Of a stretch of 64,000 bases of DNA, positions 49,736-62,437 are shown one piece after another (within the stretch, counting starts at the first letter, position 1; the number at the start of each line of letters is the position of its first letter). Position numbers and translations under genes: made by a program. This DNA comes from Nageia nagi. Its lineage: Eukaryota > Plantae > Pinophyta. The stretch spans positions 72,416,001 to 72,480,000 of the forward strand of contig JBITNC010000001.1 in assembly GCA_050084985.1 (NCBI GenBank), read 5' to 3'. The notes below the pieces were generated by a model. That model was not told the DNA's origin, did not search any database, and saw only the letters and a list, made by a program, of their open reading frames with translations.

Positions 49736-51728
49736 TTGTCACCTTCTCCTGCTCATACTACATCTTCACCAAGAAAGACACTCTTGCTTCCTGCAGGAAA
49801 GAGGCAAGAGGCTCCAAGGGAACCTATCCCAGGACCTAGCAAGCGTAGCATGGTGATGGCAGATCTCAGAGACGTTGGCTATCATGCTCTCTCCTCAGAT
49901 GTGCTAGATGATGTAGTGAATGTAGCTTGTGCTAGTGATTCACCTACCAAAGTAGTCCCTTCCAGACCAATTCATTCTCCTAGGTGTAGGGAGAAAGTTC
50001 CCCCTTTACAACCAAATTCCAGTTCCAGCTCTAAACGTTCCACTTCTTCTTTTGATGAAGAAACTGATGAGGACCTTGGCCGTGCGGTGGAAGATTTTGG
50101 AAAAGAATTGGAAAGCCGTAGTGAAAGAGAAGAAGAAGAAGATGATGATGTTGATAAAACTGCCAATATTCCTAACTAGGAGGACGTAGTTGTAGATGCT
50201 TTAGCACTTGATGAGACAAAAGTTGAAACCATCCTAGATAATGAGATTGTGGATGTCAGTACTTATGATGATGACGTCCAGATAGTTGGAGAAAGGTGCG
50301 CTAGGGAAGTGGATGCCTCGAAATCCTCTCCTGCTGACATAAGGAGAAGTCCCCTTCTTCGCATAAGTCCACTAAGAGGACGAGTCATATTGATCTCCTC
50401 AGCCATGAAACAAGGCCATGTCCATAGGCGGTGATGGAGGAGATGACAAAGAGAAGATGAAGGAGAGATTGAAGAGCAGAAGAATAAAAGGAGGTAGGAA
50501 GAGCATCGGGGCAAAGAGATAACCCTAGTTCAGATCACTTCAACAAAAGGGGTCAAGAAGATTGGTAGAGGAAGGTTGTTGGTTCAAATATTTCCCCCTC
50601 GACCAGCAATTGAACACCCTGATCTTCACTTGGATGCCTGTCTTAGAGCCCTCAACATGAGCACGGTCCATGATGAAGACATAGATGAGGACTTACGCTT
50701 TGTAGATGAAGAGGAAGAGCTTTCGGATGGCAAGAAGATTATAAGGGTTGACACTTTCGTCTCCACCTCTCAAAAAGAGATCTTCATTATCCATTGCTAT
50801 TCAAAGGAGAAGCACCCTCAGAGAGCAGAGGACTGTGTTATTGAAACATTAAATATGCTTGCGAAATTGGAGTTGACAACCAGAAAGCACATAGTTATGC
50901 AAAATGTTGTAGTCATGGAGCAAGAAGGCTACGAAGCCAAAAAGGAGGGTAAGAGGTTGAAGAAGGAACTCACGGATAGCAAGAAAATCATCAGAGAGTT
51001 CTAGAAGGTTAGCATCACCCCCTTAGATTTACAGAGGCAAGCTTCCTTCCATGAAGTGTGGGAATTGATGAAGCAGCAGCTTAAGAAGGAGGTGATGAGG
51101 CTATCGAGAGATTGTCTTCACAAACTTACAAGCTGATTGCTGAAGATGTTGAAATCAAAGACCTCAAAGCAAGCATCTCAGCACACCTTGGCAAGTTGGA
51201 TACCTATCTTCCCAACATCTCTCACCTATAGCACGTTTTTGCTGATAAACCAAAAAAATTATTCTATTGCCACGAGTTCACCTATCATCATGATTGGTTG
51301 AACCATAGACTCAAGAAGTACAATGCTATCTTGAAAACTAGAATCCCCTTGAGAAAGGAGGTAGAGGAACAAATGAATGAGAATATTTATCAACTCAAGT
51401 TCCAAGGGGAAGACAACAATGTAGGAAGAAGGAAGCAATAATGGCAAAGGCTCATAATCTGTTGTAGGAGCATCTTGATATTGATGACCTTAGTTTGTTG
51501 AAGGTAGGGCATCCCATCATCCATGAGAGGCGGATGGTCATCTGGAGACACCAGATGCAGGCTACATCAAAGAAGATTGAAGATTATTTTCAGCAGAATG
51601 GCATCACTGTTGGCATGATCTTTAGGGGCATGCAGAAGATTGTTGCATTCTTAGAGGAGACCATTGAGTCATACAGTCTCACCAATGAGGAGTGGAACCC
51701 CGCTAGTATCGGATTAGATTTGGCCTAG
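49736..51728 (+). pseudogene. E3 gene, C-terminal half
   Basis: DLHLDA..VDTFVS..IIHCYSKEKHPQ and IWRHQM match E2 DFHIDA..IDTFVS..INRCYSKKKHPQ and IWKFQM. Confidence 0.75.
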
Positions 51729-53144
51729 GTCTGATCCACCCACAAATTTCGTCTACGGTATCCTGTTTTGTGTTTAATGCATGATTAACGTTGGTTTATT
51801 ATGTCAGACCATATTTCATTTGATTTGACTGGTGTAGGGATGAGGTTTTTCTCCCACCAGATCAAATCCGTCAGACTCTTTTATGGCTCTAACTGGTTAG
51901 GGATGAGGTTTTGCTCCCACCATCCTAGATGTCAAACTTTTCAGACCTTTTATTGCATATCAGATTTGCTTTTGCATAGATTAGGGGTAGATTAGACGCA
52001 TTTTGACGATGGCATTTATATTTTGTCATCTTTTAGATGCCACTTGCATAGTTTTGTGTGGACGATCTGATTTTGTATTGATATGCGTGTTGCGTGTGTG
52101 CACACCATATTAGATTTGATGCCTTAAGGGCAACACTTCTAGTGGCCTATTTATACCCCATCCAGGCCATTTAGAAGGGAATTTTTGGTGCTAGGGATTT
52201 TGCATTGGATTAGGACAAAAGAAATTTTTGCATTGGACTTTTGCATATGAGATATTTACATTGGAGGATCTTTGCAATTTTGCATCCAAATTGTTGCATG
52301 ATTTGACGCATTGTTGCATATGCGAGACTTTGTATTTAATAGAAATATTGTATATTTGGGCTCTTTCACCTTTGAGATTCTTGCTATCAAGCCTATGTAT
52401 GTAATCAATTTGAGCAATTGCATCTTTTAGTATTTACATTCCATTGCATAGAATATTGCTACATAAGGGGTTCTATGCATGTTCATTATTGAAGATCATT
52501 ATGAATGTATTTCTCTTGAGGAATGAGATTGTAAAGTTTATATTGTGAAGGATATCATTTGTGGAATTGTGCATATCTGGATGGTTCTCTCCTGAGGTTG
52601 CATATTGAATATCCATTTGGTTGGTTTGAGTTGTTCTTTGCATGATTTGCACGTACGTGACTGTATTTTGAGGCCTATAGCTTGACTCCACTATCCTTTC
52701 CCACCCAGTCTTCCACCGAGACCCAACAGCTTGTTGCTCTCGTCTAGTAGTGATTTGAGCATATTTGCTATTTGCTGCCTGACTTGATAGTGAATGCATC
52801 AACCTTAATGAATTTGAAGATGACTGCTGAGAAACTGCATCATTGATGATACTTTCATAAGCCTTTCTTTCCTCGTGTTCCCTTGCATTTATCCGTATTT
52901 TTGTCGCTACATTTGTGATCTTTCTTTGCTTTCATTCATATATGCAGTCTTTCCTCATTGTGAAAAGGAACTCCAACATGTATTTCCCTTGTATACGGTT
53001 AACAACATACATCTTTGACTACTGAGCCTTGAAGACCATATTCTATGTGAGCGCTTGGGTAACCAGTTCTTTCAGGCAATTCAAGTAACGCTATTTCCTC
53101 CAAGTCCTGTGCATGTTTTGGACGGAAAGAAAAACATACCAACA

Positions 53145-56100
53145 CCTTCTTCATCTTCCCAACCAGTTGTTGCACCTCACTGTCAAGAGATTCCTCAAGC
53201 ATAGGATCAAGGCAAGACGGTGAATGAAGAGGAGAATGAATCTCATGCTTCATCTTATGATCTTGTTGACGACCTCAAGAAAACCAGATCAAGTGCCTCT
53301 ATATATGATTTGATTTAGAGGGATAGACAGCACGAGCCCATCACGAGGGAATTGAATAAGATTGCTCCAAAGCTGAGAAAAAAATGTATAGCCAAAAGTA
53401 TGGGATCTTCCAAATTAATTGAACCACCCAAAGCAATCGAGGCAAAGGCCCTTGCCATTCATAAAGAGAAAGACAAAGGGGATTCCTCGCCATTCTTGTT
53501 GACACTAAGGATTGCGGGCAAAAACTTGCATAATTGCATGGTAGATTCTGGAGCTACCGGGAACGTCATGCCGTACAAAGTTTGCAAAGATTTAACCTGC
53601 CTATCGCAGAAAGTCCGAAGAAGGTCACACAACTAGACAAAATTGAGGTCAAAGTAGTTGGAATGTTGCCATAGGGGCATATCCAGATAGCTTCTAAACA
53701 ACGAATCCAACAACATATCGACGTTTAGGTTGTCGATATCCCTAACACCTATGGGATTTTGCTAAGCCGGGATTGGTCTTGCAATCTTAATGGTTATATC
53801 TTTACTAATTATTCTCATATGTGGCTACCATGGAAAGGACAACCTAACCAAATTTGAGCAAATAGTGAGCCTAGGCTCAAAGAGCTCATTACAGAGTACA
53901 ACATAGTCAATGAGGTACAATTTATACAAGAAGAATTAGGCGTCTATTCTTTAGACCTCTTGAAGGATCTCCAAAAGACCCTCAAAAAGCAATTGGATGA
54001 GCAAGCTGAGTTGCCCTTGTACATCAAGAAAGGCCCAAAGTCAAGTTGTGCACGAAAAGTCATCTATCAGGATCAAGAGCATGAAGAAGAAATTTCAACC
54101 TGATGAAAGGAGATGGAGAAGAACAGCTTCGGAAACTCAAAGAAGCTGGATACGTTGTGTCCAAGAATTAGAAATTGAAAGTCTCAGCGAGGAAATTTTC
54201 AAAGCCCTCAATAAAATGCAAAGGCATCATTCACTCTTAAGGGGAGAGCTCCTGGAACACTCTGAAGATAAGACCGTCCCTTGCAACAACCCAAGAGATA
54301 ACCAAGAATATTCCATTAAAAGGAATAGTAAGAACCACGAAGAACAGTGTTGGATTCTTAGGTTTGACATTTCCCAAATCTAAGCTTGGGAATGGAGCAG
54401 GAGTAGAGCTTCAATGTCCTAAAGGAAAACGCTATCATGCATCATACAATTTGTAGTTCTATTGCACCTGTAATACTACAGAATATGAAGCTTTCATTCA
54501 GGGACTGAGGATGGCTTTGAAGAAAGGAGTCAGACACCTCCAGGTTGTTGGTGATTCCGAATTGATATTAAAGCAAATTTGCAACATATATGCTTGTAAG
54601 GATCCTAGATTGGGTTTGTACAGAACTCGAGTTTGGGACCTTGTTAGAAATTTTGAATCTTTCAAAATTGGAGCAGTGCCCAATAGTCAAAACTTAGTAG
54701 CTGACTCTCTAGCTGTGGTCGTTGGTACCTTCCAACAAACTGAAAACGTCAACCTGCGGAAGTTTATAGTGCATATGATTCCTACCTCTTCCATTCTTGG
54801 CAATGTTTACAATTTTCAGGTCTTTCAAGATAAACAACAAATCAAAGATTTCATGTCCAACTCAGGCGTATTTGCCTCTCAGGTTATCGAGGAAGACTCC
54901 ATCGATTTTGATGAGGACCTTTCTCACAATCTAGAGGATGGGTCATTCAACTCAGGAAAAATAAAATCCCTAGGGGAATTGTCTCTTTGGAGCGGTTTTC
55001 GATCAAGATATGTTCCAGCCTCATATGGGTAACCACATCCAGGCGAAGATGCAAAAGTAGTCAATTTGGACACAAAAACTGATCCTCGAATCATTTTGAT
55101 TGGCAAGTCATGTGTCGGAGCAGAAAGAGAAAGGCTCATCGATGTCATCAAAGAGTACATCAACATCATTGCTTAGAAATATAAACAATTGAAGACTTAT
55201 GATCCGGCCATCATCACACACTATCTTGTTGAAAGCTGAAGTCAGACCTTTCAGGCAGCAACAAAGGGTTGTCAACCCCATTTTAGAACCGATTATCCTT
55301 CAAGAAGTCTAAAAGTTAGCACAAGTAGGTATCATCTTCCCGGTTTGGCATTCATTTGGGTGGTGAACATAGTGCTTGTAAGAAAGAAAAGCGGAGAGAT
55401 AAGGGTATGCATAGATTTCACTTCTTAATCAGGCTTTCGAGAAAGATTATTATCCCTTACCTTCCTTGGATGAAGTATTACATATAGTTAATGGCTCTTA
55501 GATGATGTCATTCCTGGATGGGTATTCGAGATATAATCAAATCATGGTTGACGAAAAGGATAGGTTGAAGATGGCTTTCACCACCAAATGGAGAACATTT
55601 GCCTATGGTTGTATGCCTTTCGGTCTAATTAATGCAGGTGCTACTTTCAATGAGCCATGGATTTTGCTTTCAAAGGATTGTTCGGGAAGTCTATTATCAT
55701 ATACATGGATGATCTTATAGTATTTTCAAAGGATAGATCCCAACATCCACAAGATTTAAGGAAGGCCTTCCAAAATGCCAGAGCTTCGAGATATCTCTTA
55801 ATCCAAAGAAAAACATATTCGGTGCTTCAAAAGGAAAGTTGTTGGGGCATATTATTTCAGAGCATGGAATTTCAATCGATCCTTATAGAGTCATTGCCAT
55901 TCAAAAGATTCCTATCCTTCTAGCATTAAGGAACTAATGTCATTTTTCAGGAAGATAATTTTTGTTCGTAAATTCATTTCCGGATTTACCGAGATTGCAA
56001 AAGCCATCAATGACATGTTGAAAAAAGATTCAAGCATATTTTGAAATGCGAAAACCAAGAAAGCCTTTCAAGAAATCAAAGATGCCATATCAAATGCTTT

Positions 56101-56558
56101 GGTATTAACGAGCCCAGACTACAAGGAACCCTTTCTTCTTTATTCTTTTGCATCAGATCATTCCATTTCCAATGTCCTCATGCAAAGGAACGAAGATGGG
56201 GATGAAAAACCCATTGCATTTATGAGTGCGCCCCTAATAGATGCTACATTGTGTTATTATGCTCTGGAAAAGCAAGCTTACGCGCTAGTTTGAGCAGTAA
56301 AGAAATTGAGGCATTACATTTTGCAAAGTCAGGTTTTGGCCATTGTTGCAAACCTTGTGGTGAAATATCTATTGACCTAGCATGAGGGGAGAAAAGCGAG
56401 GAAATTGGGTCGTGGCCCTGCAAGAATATGACCTCACCATTCAGTCGATGAGGATAGTCAGAGGACAAGGAATCATGAGATTATTGGCAGATTGCGAAGA
56501 TGCTTCTCATATAGATGAAGTGGTGGCGACCCAACATATCCCTCTTAAAGGTTCTTGG
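53145..56558 (+). pseudogene. Tat-clade gypsy pol relic, order PR - archaeal-type RNase H - RT - RNase H
   Basis: PR LHNCMVDSGATGNVMP; aRH TEYEAFIQGL..LQVVGDSELI..NLVADSLA; RT SFLDGYSRYNQI, MPFGLINAGATF, IYMDDL; RH LYSFASDHSIS, LEKQAYALV. Confidence 0.85.
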
Positions 56559-58054
56559 TGATGGTATGTTTTTCTTTCTTCTCCCAAAACATGCACAAGA
56601 CTTGGAGGAAACAACATTACTTGTTTCCGCCTGAAAGGATTGGTTAACCCAAGCGCTCACATGGAATATGGTCTTGATGGCTCAGTAGTCAAAGATGCAT
56701 GTTGTTAACCGTATACAAGGGAAATACATGTCGGAGATCCTTTCCTTAATGAGAAAAGATTGCAAATGTGAACGAATGCAAAGAAAGATCACAAATGCAG
56801 GAACAAACATAGAGATAAATGCAAGGGAATGCGAGGAAAGGAAAAGACCTATGAGAACATGATTAGGGATACAGTGTCTCGACAGGTCATCTTCAAATTC
56901 ATTAAGGTCAATACATTGACTTTCAATCTGGGAAGCAAATAGCAAATATGCTCAACTCACTACCAGACGAGAGTAGGAAGTTGTAGGGTCTTTATGGAAG
57001 ACTCAATGGAAAGGGTAAAGATGGAGTGAGGGCGTATATGTAATAACCTAACCGAATGATATAAAGACAAGTTGTAGGCCTTAGAATATGTCCACTTGCA
57101 TGCAAACCATGCAAAGAAGGATCAAACTCTTTCACAAAATAGTCAATATTTAGTTCATAGAAAGAACCATTCAGATATGCATAATCCCACAAATGATGTT
57201 CCTCACAGTATAACTTTATGATTTTATTCCTCTAAACAAACACATTCATGATTCTTTTCAATAACAGAACATGCATAGAACACCTTATACAGCAATCTTC
57301 TATGCAATGGAATGTGAATCTTATGACATGCAAAGGCTGAAAATGATTGTACAAATAAACTCAATAGGCTCAATCTCAAAATGCAAGAAGTTCAATATAT
57401 AATGCTTTTATTACGTGTAAAAATCCAATGCAAAATAGTACAAAGATCATATGCATAAACTCTTCATGTCAAAATTCCTCATGCAAAAATCCAATATGTC
57501 AAAATCCCCTTCTAAATGGCCCGAGTGGGGTATAAATAGGCCACATGAAGTGATGCCCTAAAGGCATCAAATCTGATATGGTGTGCACACATGCAACACA
57601 CATACCGATACAAAATTAGATTTCTTCACACAAAACTATATAAGCGGCATTTAAAGATGACAAAATATAAATGCCACCGCTGAAATGCATCTACTCTACA
57701 TCTAATCTATGCAACAGAAAATCAGATATGCAATAAATAGTCTGAAAAGGTCCGACATTTAAATCGGTGGGAGCAAAATCTCATCCCTACACTGGTTAGA
57801 GTCATAAATGAGTCTGACAGATTTGATCTGGCAGGAGCAAAACCTCATCTCTAAACCAATCAAATCAAAATAAAGTAAAGTCTGACATAACCAACATAAT
57901 CATATGCATGTAATACAAAAAAGATACTGCAGATGAAGTCTGTGGGTGAATCAGATCTAGGCCAGATCTGATTCGGCACGGGCGGAGTTCCACTCCTCGC
58001 TGGTGAGACCATAGGACTCGACATTCTCCCCTAAGAATGCCAATGTGATGTTCC

Positions 58055-58094
<40 letters not shown>

Positions 58095-59298
58095 TAGCAA
58101 ATCCTCAACATAAAAATGCAAAGATAAATTGCAGCAATAAAACAACTCAGAAATTGCTCATAAAATAACACAAGTATGAGGAGAAATCAGCCAGTATCAT
58201 ATATTAAATATTGCCAAACCAATACAACAGCTGAAATGGACAAATGGAGTCCCCAAGGAACTCAAAATGTAGATACAAACTCCCACAAATGGGACGAATT
58301 GACCTCAAGGATGAATTGATTCAAAAACTCCTCAAAAACGACCCCAAACACAAGCATAGGGTTTGGGGCTGCCAACAGGTCTGAAACACATGCCACAAAT
58401 GCTCCCAAAAATGTCACAAACCAGTCACAGATGCCTTTTTTGTATTTTTGATTTTTATGTCAACAACACCTTCAATGATATTGCCAAAACCCCAACCATG
58501 CACCTCCAATGCACTATGGGAATGAGCAAGACCTGCAATCTTAACTCATGGAAACTCTAGGGTTTCAATGTTCAATTCTGATATCAACATAACATGCTCA
58601 AAATGGGACACTCACTTCCTTTTATATGATGAGGTTCTATTTTTGCATTGACATTTCCAAAACACAAAATCACTTAAAGCCTTATTTCAACTTTATAACA
58701 TAAAGAAATAATAATTAAAACTAATGTTATGTCTCCTAACACATTGCTCCCTTTTTTATTATTTATTTCCTAAGTGTAGGAGACAAAACTAATTATTTCA
58801 ATTTTGGGACATTACAAGTCCATGCTCCTCAAATTGCTTGTCCTCAAGCAATTCCAAAGCTGGATAGTTCAAAATTTCATCAACATTGTATCCAAACTAT
58901 CTCAAACACTTGTGTGTGTCAAAACCCCATATTGTTTCTTCGTTACCAAGCCCATTTTGAATGCATAACAAGGCTGATTTTCTGATAACAGCAGTAAAAC
59001 CATGGTGTTTGCACTCCCAAAACATAGCCAAATTGAGTGATTCTCCATCTCTTATACTCGTACTATGGATGAGCATCAACCAATCAACATGATATTGATT
59101 GGGTTTTTCAGAAAGTGGCTGCAATTTAAGTGTAACAGGTCTAATTTGCTCTTTTCAACAACCATAAATGACTCACAATCATCTACACTCACGCTTTCAT
59201 TGTTTCCCATCAATGTGCCATGCATAAATGAAATGTAGCTATCAATCATACCAAGAAAATAGAGACTGAAAATTGTATGTTCAGCAGTATTATTACAG

Positions 59299-60678
59299 TC
59301 ATATATCTATTTTACTCCCCCATATGAACTCTAAACCAAGCCAAACATTAGGGACTTCATTAGGAATGCTTTTCTTTACAACACTCAATATACATACCCT
59401 TTCCAATGCCCCCTCATGCTGCTGTAGTAACCTTGAACTGAATGTGCATACCATGGATGAATACCTGCTCATAATTTCATGCTCACTCTTAAGACAAATA
59501 TGACTATGTGCTCCCACAACTGAGAATACACCTTCAAAACCAACCAATGCAAAAAGTGTATTACTTGAATTCATGGCAAAATGAAAGTAAGTTACCTTCC
59601 CAAATGTGTGGAGGTTGGCATCACCACAAGACACCAATTTCTGAAACTTATCAAGATTCCTATCAACAAGCTCATCAAAATTATGCTCAAAAGAAAATAG
59701 TGTGCTACTGTCATAAGAAGCAGAATTCAACTTGTACCTATTTGGAATGTTTCCATGGCTGCCCAAGTTTGAATTTATCTTCTTTTTCCTTATATAACTG
59801 ATCGAGGCATCTTTACACATGAATTTTTCTGATCTTACCTTTCCTAAGTTAAGCAAATGAACACATATGCAATATTTCAACTCATGAATAGCAGTCTCAA
59901 ATCTTATTGCATCAAATATCATGCAATGTACAGCCATATTCATGTGAATTGCAGCCATGCTAATTGTCATTAGAACAGTCCAAAACATCTTGCAAAGTGG
60001 AGTACAAAACATGAAGAAAGTTGTACTAATGTTTTGACAACAACTATATATAAAACCTTCCTTTGTGCATGCCCAAATAAACTCACAAATCAAATCAGTT
60101 TCATCTGTAACTTCTACAATCTCAAAACTGTATGCCATCTTATGCATGTCAATGATCAAATACCAACTTGAAATCCTTCGATGTAGTGTGCTCCAAATCA
60201 AACCTGAATTGAATATGTACAAGGGTTCCAAAGTGTGCTCAAGAGTCTTCACAATGGCTACGAACTGTACAAAAGATGAAAAAATACGATTAAGACTGCC
60301 CAAGTGCTTCTCCAAGACCCATGAATTGCACAAAGTGTCTTCCAACTCCAACAATCTGAAAATGAAATGATCATTTTCCCATCTGTAACTATTACACATT
60401 CTCAAAATGAAATCAAAATTCATCAAAACAAAATTATGAAACAATGCATGCCAAGGTTCAACAAGAAGTGGAACCCATTCATCCCATTTGTCTTTCAAAC
60501 TATGTTCCAAGTATCTCAAAATGAAATCAAAAGTCATCAAGACAAATTTAGGAAACAATGCATGCCAAGGTTCAACAAGAAGTGGAACCCATTCATCCCA
60601 TTTGTCTTTTAAACTATGTTCCAAGTATGCACAAGTGTCCCAATAAAGTGTGGAATTAGTCCTTTTTTGCTGTTCCAA
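59299..60678 (-). CDS. 459-codon ORF of unknown function replacing pol
   Basis: Uninterrupted ORF with a 40-aa N-terminal tandem duplication. No recognisable domain. Confidence 0.3.
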   Translation of the reverse strand: MEQQKRTNSTLYWDTCAYLEHSLKDKWDEWVPLLVEPWHALFPKFVLMTFDFILRYLEHSLKDKWDEWVPLLVEPWHALFHNFVLMNFDFILRMCNSYRWENDHFIFRLLELEDTLCNSWVLEKHLGSLNRIFSSFVQFVAIVKTLEHTLEPLYIFNSGLIWSTLHRRISSWYLIIDMHKMAYSFEIVEVTDETDLICEFIWACTKEGFIYSCCQNISTTFFMFCTPLCKMFWTVLMTISMAAIHMNMAVHCMIFDAIRFETAIHELKYCICVHLLNLGKVRSEKFMCKDASISYIRKKKINSNLGSHGNIPNRYKLNSASYDSSTLFSFEHNFDELVDRNLDKFQKLVSCGDANLHTFGKVTYFHFAMNSSNTLFALVGFEGVFSVVGAHSHICLKSEHEIMSRYSSMVCTFSSRLLQQHEGALERVCILSVVKKSIPNEVPNVWLGLEFIWGSKIDI

Positions 60679-61872
60679 AACTTCATCAACAAGTCAACTA
60701 TAATCCTTTGAATTCTTTCAGTTATGATACATTTTTGTTGGCTATCCTAACTGTCTAAATGGCTGAGAATGTCATGTGGGATTGTGAGGTGACAAGTGTA
60801 ACAAATGTTCACATTTCCTACTGCAATTTTTTTGATTTCTTTATCAGATTCATAGGTTGCCATTAAGTGAGAATTTTGCGCAATTTTTTCCACATATAAG
60901 GCCCCAAAAGTCAACTCCAAATCCCAAAACAGAATCAGCAATGTGTATACCAATGAAAGCCACAAAACGAGATCGAAAGATACCACATATGACCATGAAA
61001 AAGTATCCTTCTTTGCAATGTTCCATGTAGGGACTGTTTTACACCTCCTACCATTCATCCACATGAGAAAAATCAGCATTTTATTTGAAGGAACCACGGC
61101 TGTAGTAAATTTACCTTCACATGAAATATCAAGGAGTTGTCCTCCCTCCATGTACTTGTAGGAAACCTTCAAAATTTTGCATGCATCTTTGGATGTGTTT
61201 TCCTTGATTCCTTGTAGCACCATACCCTTGCCATCAAGCACAAATTTTAGTTCCAATTTCTGATAATTGGTAACATAATCACCAAGAGACCAAATCCATT
61301 GGACCCCCAAAACCATATGAGGCACACCACCCAATGGAAATACAGAGAATTGCTCATCACCCTCAGTTTCCAAAGCTGATTTTTATATTCTTCATTGCTT
61401 TATTGCAAGGAATGAGATCACCAAAGGGCTCAATTTGGAAATCTCTCCTAACTCCACTCAAACTATCACTAATTGAAAGTTCTCCAATGCAATTATTATG
61501 TACTTCATTGATTTCATTCCCAAGAAGTGTACAAAATGAAGTATTTTGGGTCTCTTTCAAACATACTTCATGTGAAAGAGTGACATCTCTATCACAAATC
61601 TGAATGCAATCAGTCATGCAAGATGAACCATGCTTCAATGTTGAAATGTCTTCATTATGTTCTCTTTCAAAATTTTCAGTTTAGCCCTCTTCTTCTTTTT
61701 CAATGGTGGGAACAACTTTAGAATTTCCTGCACAAATTACCTCAAGCTCTTCTTTTGGATGGACAATTTTAGTTTTTTCCACATTCCTCCATTCAAACTT
61801 GTTCATAACCCTAACACAAAATTCATCAAATGTATCAATATCACCATGCCCTTGGGTTACTAACCCATGATG

Positions 61873-62437
61873 CTACCATGAGTAAGCACTATCCTCAAGG
61901 TGGAGTGTCGCAATTTGAACTACATCATCTTCAGAAATAGGCTCCAAGGTAAAATAAGTCTGCAATTTTTGAAGCCATGCCCTAGCTGTGAGACCATCTT
62001 GACCATTAAATGAGAGAATGGTCACCTTTTGATGCAATAAGGGTTTCTTTTTCTCTTTTTTAGCCTCAACAACAGATGTATCCACAATATTCAAATATTT
62101 ATCAAAAGAAACTGCTGCCAAATAAAACCTTCAGATTTATTACTATAAGCGCAAACCATTCATCTAATTCATCAATTACCTCATCTTCCTTCGATAAAGG
62201 TGGTGGAACAAGAAACATAGGCTTGGATGGCCTAGGCAAGGGAGTGTGTGAGTTAGATGATGACACATTCCCAATGTTGTAGCCTCTCCTTTCTCCTTCC
62301 CTCCTTGTACCATTTGTGTTTCCCAAAGCTGCCCTCAATTCTTGTTGATTTGTCTCTTGTAAGGACACCATTCTTTGTAGCATGTCAAGTAGAGCATCGA
62401 ACTTTTGCTCATTCTCTTTTCTCCTAAATAGTTCCAT
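61873..62437 (-). pseudogene. Chromovirus gag fragment
   Basis: KVTILSFNGQDGLTARAWLQKLQTYFTL...ATLHLEDSAYSW. Confidence 0.75.

Larger units (their letters stand above)
47813..53144 (+). mobile_element. E3: giant LTR-like gene-carrying unit with internal deletion or chimeric junction (~49736)
   Basis: TGTTGAGGAAGCAACACC...GGAAAGAAAAACATACCAACA, with CCTTC on both flanks (47808-47812, 53145-53149). Left 1.9 kb is colinear with E2 25653-23720. Confidence 0.8.

Noticed and set aside
52473-53253. Minus-strand ORFs, first suspected to be integrase or a second gene
   Set aside because: No integrase motifs, one ORF crosses the E3 end at 53144, and frames are interrupted in the E4 copy.
51625-58043. 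Large inverted repeat flanking the Tat pol as a single TIR element
   Set aside because: The arms are the 3' ends of two separate, diverged units (E3 and E4), and E4 continues beyond 63967.
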